A DNA stretch of 64,000 nt from positions 17,946-81,945 of the forward strand of contig JAVBOY010000002.1 of assembly GCA_031550085.1 (NCBI GenBank), given 5' to 3'. Within the stretch, counting starts at the first letter, position 1. Every line of letters starts with the position of its first letter. The stretch comes from Lentimicrobiaceae bacterium. Lineage in GTDB: Bacteria > Bacteroidota > Bacteroidia > Bacteroidales > UBA4417. A program made the position numbers and the translations under genes. The notes below the pieces were generated by a model. The model did no database searches and was not told the DNA's origin. It saw only the letters and a program-made list of their open reading frames with translations. Below, in pieces: positions 56,303 to 64,000 of this stretch.

Positions 56303-57041
56303 GATATTTTTATTTTATTGTTGAACTGTTGAGTTGTTGAATCGTTGAATTGTTATTTGTTATGTGTTTTTTGTTGGTTTGATGATTTGCTTGTTTGTGC
56401 AGGGTGAATGCCTGTTGAATTGTTGAACTGTTGAGTTGTTGTTTGTTGTTCGCTTTTTTGTTGTTTGTTTCCTCGTCACCCGTCACCTATTACCCGTCAC
56501 CCGTTACCCGTCACTCGTTAAATGCTTGGTTTTATCGAACAGGATAATTTAATCTAATAATATTCTATTTTAATCGCATAGAGGTGAAGTCGTTGTTGAA
56601 CTGTTGAATTGTTTATTGAAAAACATTCATTTTCAACACTCAATTTTCCATTTTCAATTAAAAAAACCGTTTACCCGCCATTAAAAAGTTCACTTTCAAT
56701 TTTATTCGGCTTCGCCTCATGAGATCGCTTCGCTAAGTTCAATTAACAAGCAGATTTCTCCATTTCGCTTCGCTCCATTCGAAATGACCTGTAGTTCATC
56801 GTTCATATCTCATCATTTATCGTTAAAAATCATTTTCAATTCTCCATTTTCAATTAAAACGTGTTTACTTGTTTACTGCTCCACACCCCCGCCCTTACGG
56901 GCACCCCCGCAAGCGGGGGACAGCTTTCTGCCTGCTGCTTTAAAACTCGTTAACTTGTATCTTGTCTACTCGTCAACTTGTTAACTAAAAAGCTTATTCG
57001 TAATTCGTAATTTTTAATTTTTAATTCGCAATTAAAGTCCC
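56303..57041 (+). repeat. Mosaic intergenic word-repeat element (copy B, the most complete)
   Basis: Contains GTTGAAC word tracts, a CCCGTCAC word tract (56470-56515) and modules M4 56551-56588, M1 56592-56661, M2 56740-56789 and M3 56794-56857. Also GC hairpins at 56891-56919, M5 at 56923-56990 and TTCGTAAT words at 56996-57030. It fills the whole 739-bp gap between two cistrons. Confidence 0.85.
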
Positions 57042-59354
57042 CTATTGCCGCAACGCTAAAATGGGATTGGCCCGGGTGGCTTTGTAACTTTGCCAGAACA
57101 CCGCAATCAGCGCAAACAAAAAGGCAACGCCTCCTGCCAAAGCAAAAATGCTCCAATGCAGCGAAACATGATAGGCATATCCTTTGAGCCATTCGCTCAT
57201 GGCATACCAGATAATGGGAACCGCAACCACAAATGCAACGGCCACCATTTTCAGGAAACTGAAAATCAACTTTTGTAACATTTCGCGGTTGGTGGAACCG
57301 AACACCTTGCGGACGGCAATTTCCGAAGCCCGCTGGCGCATGTAATAGGTTGCCATTGCCAGCATGCCCAAAGCCGATATCAAAATGGCAATCAGTGAAA
57401 AAGAGCCGATAATTTTATAAGTACGCTCCTGATCGTTGTACCAGCTGTTAAGTTCTTCATCGATAAAGCCGCTGCCAAACGGGATACCGCCGCTAGATTC
57501 CAAATAAGTCTCTTTTATGTTGCGGAAGGTTTCCGCCTGGTTTGCCCCGGAAATTTTCACCAGAATGGTCCAAACGCCGGTCTGCCAAACTCCTTGTTTT
57601 CCAATCAGTAAGGGGCCGATCTGTTGCGACAAATCGCGGAAATGGAAATCTTTGATCATTCCGGCAATGGATACCGGAAAATTATCTCCAAAATTAAAGC
57701 GCGTAGCCGTATCGGGCAGTCCCAGTTCCTTAACAGCCGCCTCGTTCAGCCAAAGCGCCCTTTTCTCTTTAATGCCTGTTTCATGCAGTGTTTGGATGTG
57801 AAACATTTTAAAGAATACGGAATCGACCACAAACATTTGAAAGCTGATGGGAGCACGGTCTTTGTAGCTAACCGTTTGATTATTTCCCCCGTCAATGGGC
57901 GTGCCGGCGGTAAACGAAACCATTTCTACTCCTTTCACCCGCATTAGTTGATCGCGAAAAGCGCTAAGCGTCGAGCTTTTGTAAATCACATTATCCAGGT
58001 AAACGATGTTCTCTTTATCGAAACCCAAATTCGTGGTCCGCATAAAATGCGTCTGGTAGATAATGGTCAGGGTGCAGCCCAGCAAAACAATGGTGATGCA
58101 GTATTGAAATGCAATAAGGATGCGGCTGTAAACCATTTTGGTTTTCCGGGTAAATTCGCCGCGCACCACTTCCACCGGCTTGTGCCGCGAAATCACAGTG
58201 GCGGGCAAAAGTCCCGAAACAATGCCCAACAGCAGGACAAAAAGTGCCGCCAATGCCAGGTTGATTGCCGTCAGATTTTCCGCCACACTGCCGGACGAAC
58301 CGAGCAAGCGGTTGAAAAGCGGTTCGGCCATCGCCGCCAACGCCACAGCAATAACAAAAGTGCCGGCGCAAAACAGCACGGATTCGGAAATAAAGCCGGC
58401 AAACAACCCGCCCCGCGAACTGCCCAGCAAGCGGCGGGTAGCAGCCTCCTTGGCACGAAAACCCGATTGCGCCACCGAAAGGTTCACATAGTTGATCACC
58501 GCAAAAAGCAGGATGACCCACATGGAACCCATCAAAATCCAAATAAACCGGTGGCTGTTCGAGCGGAGAAAATCCGGCGTATGATCTGTTAAGAAATAAC
58601 AATCCTGTATGGGTACCAAGCCAATGCTCGTAGCTGCACCAGTTTGGTAAAGCCAAAAGTAGGTTTTGAAATGGGTAAGCAAATCAGGCATTTTCGCTTG
58701 AAAATTGCTGCCTTTGGCAGTACGCAGGTAAATCAGGAAATTACAGGATCCATATTCATTCAAATACCAGGGGCCTACATACTCGAACCGGACAATGAGG
58801 TCGGGATTTTTAAAATGGGTGTTTTTAAAATCTTCCACCACGCCGGTTACGGTACAGGCTACGGTGTCGATCATTACGGTTTTTCCCAAAGCCGGTTGGC
58901 TGCCGAACAACTTGACGGCAAACGATTTTGTCAACACCACCTCTTGTACGGTTTGCAGTTGCTGCCTGGGATTTCCTTCTACAAAAGGAAACGAAAAAAT
59001 ATCGAAAAACGTGGAATCCACGGCCAGCGATTGCGCTTTGATTTTTTCTTCGCCCTGTTTGATTACCAGCGAAGGCGCTCCGGCCCGGGTGATGGCTTCC
59101 ACTTCGGGATAGCGATTTTTAACATCCGCAGCAATGGGAGCTGAAAAGCGGCCGCCGCTACGCGAATGGCTTGTCAATCGGAATACACGTTCCTTGTCTT
59201 TGTGGAAACCGTCGACACTTCGTTCGTTTTTGACGTAGATGCCCAACAGGATGACCACCATCAGCGAAACGGAAAATCCGAACAAATTGATTGCGGTGTA
59301 AAGCTTGTTTCGTCCCAGAAATGTGAAATACGATTTTAATTTAAAGCTGTTCAT
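57042..59354 (-). CDS. FtsX/MacB-type ABC transporter permease with large periplasmic domains (duplicated 4-TM architecture)
   Basis: 770 aa with two FtsX-like TM bundles separated by MacB_PCD-like extracytoplasmic regions. Confidence 0.85.
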   Translation of the reverse strand: MNSFKLKSYFTFLGRNKLYTAINLFGFSVSLMVVILLGIYVKNERSVDGFHKDKERVFRLTSHSRSGGRFSAPIAADVKNRYPEVEAITRAGAPSLVIKQGEEKIKAQSLAVDSTFFDIFSFPFVEGNPRQQLQTVQEVVLTKSFAVKLFGSQPALGKTVMIDTVACTVTGVVEDFKNTHFKNPDLIVRFEYVGPWYLNEYGSCNFLIYLRTAKGSNFQAKMPDLLTHFKTYFWLYQTGAATSIGLVPIQDCYFLTDHTPDFLRSNSHRFIWILMGSMWVILLFAVINYVNLSVAQSGFRAKEAATRRLLGSSRGGLFAGFISESVLFCAGTFVIAVALAAMAEPLFNRLLGSSGSVAENLTAINLALAALFVLLLGIVSGLLPATVISRHKPVEVVRGEFTRKTKMVYSRILIAFQYCITIVLLGCTLTIIYQTHFMRTTNLGFDKENIVYLDNVIYKSSTLSAFRDQLMRVKGVEMVSFTAGTPIDGGNNQTVSYKDRAPISFQMFVVDSVFFKMFHIQTLHETGIKEKRALWLNEAAVKELGLPDTATRFNFGDNFPVSIAGMIKDFHFRDLSQQIGPLLIGKQGVWQTGVWTILVKISGANQAETFRNIKETYLESSGGIPFGSGFIDEELNSWYNDQERTYKIIGSFSLIAILISALGMLAMATYYMRQRASEIAVRKVFGSTNREMLQKLIFSFLKMVAVAFVVAVPIIWYAMSEWLKGYAYHVSLHWSIFALAGGVAFLFALIAVFWQSYKATRANPILALRQ

Positions 59355-59676
59355 GTTTAGTTGAGGTGTTGAGTTGTTGAGTTGTTGAATCGTTGAACTG
59401 TTTAATTAGTGAAGCGTGAATGCCTGTTTAATTGTTTAACTGTTTAATTGTTGAGTTGTTGAATTAGTGAAGTGTGAACGGTGAGTTGTTTGTTGAACTG
59501 TTGAATCGTTGAGTTGTTGAATTGTTTATTGAAAAACATTCATTTTCAACGCTCAATTTTCAATTAACAAGCAGATTTCTCCATTTCGCTTCGCTCCAGT
59601 CGAAATGACCCGGAATTCATCCTTCATCATTATTTGTAATTTTTAATTCTTCATTTTTAATTCGTAATTTTTAATA
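59355..59676 (+). repeat. Mosaic intergenic word-repeat element (copy C)
   Basis: Contains GTTGAGTTGTTGAA and GTGAAGCGTGAATGCCTG word tracts, M1 at 59500-59567, M2 at 59561-59610 and TTCGTAATTTTTAAT words. It fills the whole 322-bp gap. Confidence 0.85.
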
Positions 59677-62019
59677 CTATTCTGCTTTCAAGCTTTTCAC
59701 CGGGTTTTCGTTTGCCATGCGGCGGGTTTTCAGGAAAACCACGGCAAAAACAATCGCCAGCACGGCCAATCCGCCGCACACGAAAATCCAAAGGCTCAGG
59801 GAAATTTTATACGCAAATTGCGAAAGCCAATGTTCGCCCATAAAGTAAGCCAGCGTACTTCCGATAACTACTGCCAGCAAAGCAATAACCTGAATATCTG
59901 TTGAAATTATTTTTAAAACATCCCATTTCCCGGCGCCATTTACTTTACGGATGGCGATTTCGCGGCGGCGGCGGCCGATTTCATAGCCCAGATAACCGAT
60001 CAGGCCCGAAAGCGAGATCACCAGAATAACAAGGGAAATAATAAGCACCGCATTACGCATCATTTTTTCGGATTCATAATTCAACATAAGCGTTTCCTTG
60101 TAACTGCTCACGGTCACATCGTTTTCAGGAATCAACTTGGCAAGTTTGGTATTTATTTTTGTGATAATTTCGGGCGAAATATCCGTTGTTTTGATCAAAA
60201 ATTTCAGATAATAATACATATTATCCGAATCTCCCGCAATTGGATGGATAACAATAGGCTCCAGTTCTTTGTGCAAAGATGTGAGCATAAAATTTTTAAC
60301 AACTCCCACAATTCTTATCGGTTTTCCTCCTTGTGAAGGATCTGTCAAAATCAGCTTCCCTACAGAATTATCCTTCCAGTGCATGAGTTCTACGTACTCT
60401 TGGTTGACAATGGCGCAGTCCCAACCCATATCAGGCGCAAAATTGCTTCCCTCCGCCATTTGCATTTCGAGCAAGGGAATGCAGCGGCTGTCCATTTGGG
60501 TTGTCCGGCAAACAAAAAGTACTTCTTTGGTTTCTAAATCGTAAGCAGGATTTCCGCTCAAGCCGTAAGTATATAAATCGCTCACAATTGATACATCTTT
60601 TACTTCGGGCAATGTGAGTAGTTCCTGAACTAAGGCTTTACAATCCTTTTTATTTTCGAAACGTGTTTGAAAATAAAGAACATTCTCATAGCTGTAGCCA
60701 ATATTTTTGGTTATAAACATATGATACTGGAGACCAAAAATTATTAGAATTACCACCACAAACGTAACCGCCACAAATTGAAAAAACAGCATGGTACGCT
60801 TCCACCAGCGCCTGTTGCTTGCCGATGTCCGAAATGCTGCTGTAACCGGAACCATAGCAAATATACGTGCCGGAATCATGGCGGCAACAATGAAAAATGC
60901 GGATATAACCAAAATCAAAAAGGTAAGTCGTTGTGGAGTGAAAAGCGTAAGTAGCGATTCATTGGTAAACTGTTCGATTTGCTTTGAAAAAGCCAGTAAC
61001 CAGCCCAAAGACAGCAGCAGCGAAATAAAAATATATACAGCAGTTTCGGTCAGCAGCATCCCGAAAATTGCTTTTTGCCCGGCTCCGTTGCATTTGTGAA
61101 CGCCAATAATTTTTGCCCTTTCGGAAAGCGACGACAAGGTGATCAAAATAAAATTGACAGCCGTAATAAACAAAATGATTGACGCCAATACACCCAAAAT
61201 CGTATTTACCAGTTTTGTCTCTGTATCTCCTAAATGTATTTGGGTTAAAGGAACAAAAAAGTATTCCAATTTATACATTTCCAAAATGGATTCGGCTTTG
61301 TGGTTTTTAAAAAGTTGTGGGATTTGTGCAATAACAGAATCAGGATTTATGCCCTCTTTGAGCTTAGCGTATGTATAAAACGAATCGCCACCATTCCAGC
61401 TATCACCCAAGTTGAATTCGCTGATATACGAAAACGGCAGCACCATATCGATTCGGAAATCCGAATTGCGCGGAACTTCGCGAAATACACCTGTAATTAC
61501 CAATGGAAATGTTTTATTGTAAAAAAGTATTTTTCCAATGGGATCCTGCTCTTTAAAAATACGCCTGGCAAAAGCGTTGGAAATAAAAACGCCGTTTTTT
61601 CCGCTTAACCCTGTTTTGGGATCGCCTCTCAAAACACCAAAATCCAACACATCGAAAAGTACAGAATCTCCCACAATCGCCCGGAGTTTAAAAAGATTAT
61701 CTTCATAATAACAATCTAAATTTCCATGATCGAAATAGCGCGTAGCTTTCTCCACCCCGGGTATTTCATTCATCATTGCCGGAGCAATGGGTCCCAGCAT
61801 CATTTGCCCTTCATGCGGTTTTTTATCCATGTAATCAATGCAACGCAGCTGGTAAATCCGTTCCTTGTTGGGAATGAAATTATTATACGAAAGATGAAAG
61901 GTGACCATGGCAAAAATGATCAATCCAAAAGCCAACCCCAAACTCAACGAGACAATTTTTACAAAGTTGTTCCACCGGAGTTTAAATACATTGCGGAAAG
62001 CGTACGAGAGGGATTTCAT
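59677..62019 (-). CDS. FtsX/MacB-type ABC transporter permease, paralogue of 57042-59354
   Basis: 780 aa with the same architecture as the downstream permease. Confidence 0.85.
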   Translation of the reverse strand: MKSLSYAFRNVFKLRWNNFVKIVSLSLGLAFGLIIFAMVTFHLSYNNFIPNKERIYQLRCIDYMDKKPHEGQMMLGPIAPAMMNEIPGVEKATRYFDHGNLDCYYEDNLFKLRAIVGDSVLFDVLDFGVLRGDPKTGLSGKNGVFISNAFARRIFKEQDPIGKILFYNKTFPLVITGVFREVPRNSDFRIDMVLPFSYISEFNLGDSWNGGDSFYTYAKLKEGINPDSVIAQIPQLFKNHKAESILEMYKLEYFFVPLTQIHLGDTETKLVNTILGVLASIILFITAVNFILITLSSLSERAKIIGVHKCNGAGQKAIFGMLLTETAVYIFISLLLSLGWLLAFSKQIEQFTNESLLTLFTPQRLTFLILVISAFFIVAAMIPARIFAMVPVTAAFRTSASNRRWWKRTMLFFQFVAVTFVVVILIIFGLQYHMFITKNIGYSYENVLYFQTRFENKKDCKALVQELLTLPEVKDVSIVSDLYTYGLSGNPAYDLETKEVLFVCRTTQMDSRCIPLLEMQMAEGSNFAPDMGWDCAIVNQEYVELMHWKDNSVGKLILTDPSQGGKPIRIVGVVKNFMLTSLHKELEPIVIHPIAGDSDNMYYYLKFLIKTTDISPEIITKINTKLAKLIPENDVTVSSYKETLMLNYESEKMMRNAVLIISLVILVISLSGLIGYLGYEIGRRRREIAIRKVNGAGKWDVLKIISTDIQVIALLAVVIGSTLAYFMGEHWLSQFAYKISLSLWIFVCGGLAVLAIVFAVVFLKTRRMANENPVKSLKAE

Positions 62020-62264
62020 GTTAGTGTTGAATCGTTGAACTGTTGAATTGTATGTTTGTGAAGGGTGAACCGTGAAGCGTGAAAGGGTTTGGGGTGAAAT
62101 GCCTGTTTAATTGTTTATTTGTGAAGCGTGAGTAGTTTGTTGAATTGTTTATTGGAAAAAGCCCTTTTTCAATTCTCAACTTTCCATTTTCAATTAAAAA
62201 GTTCATCGTTCATATCTCATCATTTATCGTTAAAAAATCATTTTCAATTTTCCATTTTCAACTT
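62020..62264 (+). repeat. Mosaic intergenic word-repeat element (copy D)
   Basis: Contains GTTGAA words, GTGAAGGGTGAACCGTGAAGCGTGAAAGGG words, a diverged M1 at 62135-62197 and M3 at 62201-62262. It fills the whole 245-bp gap. Confidence 0.85.
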
Positions 62265-63518
62265 TCAATTCTTTAAAATCAACGTCTCATTCTCTCCAAA
62301 CGTTTCGTAGCTGGAGGTAACCACTTTTTCGCCGGGATTCAGGCCTTCCAGCACTTCATAGTATTGCGGATTCTGACGTCCGATGGTAATTTTCCGTTTG
62401 TGGGCACGCGTTCCGTCTTCCGAGACTACAAAAATCCAACTGCCTCCGGTAGCTTGATAAAAGGCCCCGCGTGGAATCAGCAGCGCGTCGGTCGGTTGTC
62501 CCAATTCCAGATTGATGTAATAGGTTTGCCCGATGCGGATGTTGTCGGGACGTTTTCCGGTAAACACAAAGTCTGTTTTGAAATTTCCATCCCTTACTTC
62601 GGGATATACTTTGCGCACCAGCAAACCGAAGTTTTGCCCCTGCCGCTCAAACGTGGCGTTCAACCCCGTACGCACCCGGTCGATGTAATGCTCGTCGATG
62701 GACGTTTGAATTTTAAAACCGGATAAATCGCTGATTTGCCCGATCGATTGTCCCATCGCCACCGATTGCCCCAGCACCACATTTAGCAGCCCCAGTTCCC
62801 CGTCGATGGGCGATTTTACACTTAAATTCTCGACCCGTTCCCGGATCAGTACCATGTTGCGCTTCATATTGTCCAGGCTTTCTTCCATTTGCGTTACCTG
62901 AATACTGCGGTAAATGGAATCCTGTTTTTGGCGTTCGGCGACCAGTTTGCGTTTGCGGTCGGCAAGTTCCCAATCTTCTTTCGATTGCAAATAATCTTCC
63001 TGGGTAATGTGGCGCTCCTTATATAATTCCTCGTTTTGGCGGAACTTCCGTTCTTTGCGGGTGACGTCCAAATCCAGTTGCAGACGTTCCTGACGCAGGT
63101 TCAGACGCTCCTGCTCCATGGTAACCAGGGTATTGCGCAAGAAATTTTGCTTTTCGGCCAATTGGGCTTCACTTTCGAGAATGGAAAGGTTCAGCGAGGG
63201 ATTGCTGAGCATCACGATGATATCGCCCTTTTTGACGGTAGAACCTTCTTCCACGACGAGTTTTTCCACAATGCCGCCTTCGAGCGGGCTGAGCTGAACG
63301 GTCGAAATGGGTTGAACCTGGCCATTGACCCGGGCGTAATCGTTAAATTGTCCTTTGGTAACTTCACTGATCATGATCGAGCGGCCATCGGCTCGGTAAC
63401 TGGACGAATGGTCGCCCAAGAGCCGCCACAAGACGACAGCAAGCAATAAAGCCCCCCCAATAAGGTAGGGAATGTGTTTGCGTTTCAATCCTTTTTTCTT
63501 TTCAAGAGCAATGTCCAT
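62265..63518 (-). CDS. Efflux transporter periplasmic adaptor (HlyD/MFP family)
   Basis: 417 aa with an N-terminal TM, a lipoyl-like GGIVEKLVVEEGSTVKKGDIIV, a long coiled coil and a beta-barrel C-terminal region. Confidence 0.88.
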   Translation of the reverse strand: MDIALEKKKGLKRKHIPYLIGGALLLAVVLWRLLGDHSSSYRADGRSIMISEVTKGQFNDYARVNGQVQPISTVQLSPLEGGIVEKLVVEEGSTVKKGDIIVMLSNPSLNLSILESEAQLAEKQNFLRNTLVTMEQERLNLRQERLQLDLDVTRKERKFRQNEELYKERHITQEDYLQSKEDWELADRKRKLVAERQKQDSIYRSIQVTQMEESLDNMKRNMVLIRERVENLSVKSPIDGELGLLNVVLGQSVAMGQSIGQISDLSGFKIQTSIDEHYIDRVRTGLNATFERQGQNFGLLVRKVYPEVRDGNFKTDFVFTGKRPDNIRIGQTYYINLELGQPTDALLIPRGAFYQATGGSWIFVVSEDGTRAHKRKITIGRQNPQYYEVLEGLNPGEKVVTSSYETFGENETLILKN

Positions 63519-63773
63519 GGTTCACATTGATTATTGGTAAAATCCTGTTTCAGGAACCTCAGACACCCGGCGTTTTTTAGGCAGGCTTTTGACATGATGA
63601 AACAAATAGGCTTAAACGCCGGGCTCTCCTGAGATTTTTTACTGCACAAAAAGATATTCTAACTTTTCTGTACCAAAATTACGTTTGAGCGTCCCGGAAT
63701 GATACAAGTTTTATTGAATTTGCTTATCTTCAATCGATTACAAAATTATCCGGTTGTCTATTTTTTTGACACA

Positions 63774-63804
63774 TTTGGGCTTTGCCCAAATCATTGTACT
63801 TTTG
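63774..63804 (+). promoter_or_regulatory. Candidate Bacteroidota promoter (-33 TTTG, -7 TACTTTTG) for the response-regulator gene
   Basis: TTTG lies at 63774-63777 and TACTTTTG at 63797-63804, with a 19-nt spacer. The ATG is only 7 nt downstream, so the transcript would be nearly leaderless, which lowers confidence. Confidence 0.3.
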
Positions 63805-63810
63805 TTTCCG

Positions 63811-64000
63811 ATGAGTACAAAACGCGGAACCATCCTGGTCATTGACGACAACCGCAGCATCCTGACAGCTTTGGAATTGCTGCTGAACCGTTATTTTGCC
63901 AAAGTGATTCCCCTTCCTTCGCCCAACCGGCTGGCGGCTACCTTGGAAAATGAAGCCGTGGACGTGGTGTTGCTCGACATGAATTTTTCGGCTGGCGTAA
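63811..64000 (+). CDS. Response regulator receiver domain (probably NtrC/sigma-54-type); 3' end lies outside the window
   Basis: Hand translation gives MSTKRGTILVIDDNRSILTALELLLNRYFAKVIPLPSPNRLAATLENEAVDVVLLDMNFSAGV, with REC acidic residues (IDD) and the phospho-acceptor context VVLLDMNF. Absent from the track because no stop codon is reached. Confidence 0.7.
   Translation, partial: MSTKRGTILVIDDNRSILTALELLLNRYFAKVIPLPSPNRLAATLENEAVDVVLLDMNFSAGV

Noticed and set aside
56784-56984. Short ORFs inside the mosaic repeats (56784-56984, 62128-62310, 62021-62206, 36426-36620, 56950-57192)
   Set aside because: Their shared peptide segments (for example SSSFISHHLSLK) simply reflect repeated DNA modules. 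The frames are not conserved between copies and the sequences are low-complexity.

Overview
This looks like a Bacteroidota chromosomal segment. The evidence is a T9SS C-terminal sorting domain, a fused SecDF, TAnnTTTG-type -7 boxes, start codons without Shine-Dalgarno sequences, and DUF1573, GH130 and PlsY genes. Most of the roughly 45 genes are recognisable housekeeping genes: purL 3' end, GH13/TreS-like, dnaN, plsY, lon, rpmE type B, DUF1015, secDF, GH130, an aminotransferase, ispD, two glycosyltransferases, murB, manC-like, methylmalonyl-CoA mutase mutA/mutB, mlaEF-like, floA/nfeD, nhaD, rfbD, nrnA-like and two FKBP PPIases. Four things stand out. (1) An AT-rich island of about 7.5 kb (24.7-32.2 kb) carries an intact double-glycine, Cys/Ser/Thr-rich RiPP precursor with its own strong terminator. 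It also carries two uncharacterised secreted proteins, an intact immunity-type ABC-2 pair, and decayed remnants of lanC and a HlyD-type gene. No dehydratase or C39 exporter is visible. (2) A 6.6-kb gene encodes a giant T9SS-sorted surface protein, divergent from a transmembrane TPR-LuxR regulator. (3) A MacB-type efflux operon has its cistrons separated by 245-739 bp of mosaic word repeats. The same repeat family occurs upstream of mutA and, in related form, around a four-helix-bundle (23S-IVS-type) gene. (4) Two unrelated tandem repeats (235 bp x about 2.3 copies, and 23 bp x 8 copies) sit in convergent intergenic regions. I saw no rRNA, tRNA, CRISPR array, transposase or integrase. All calls come from reading the sequence and the ORF track; no database search was run.
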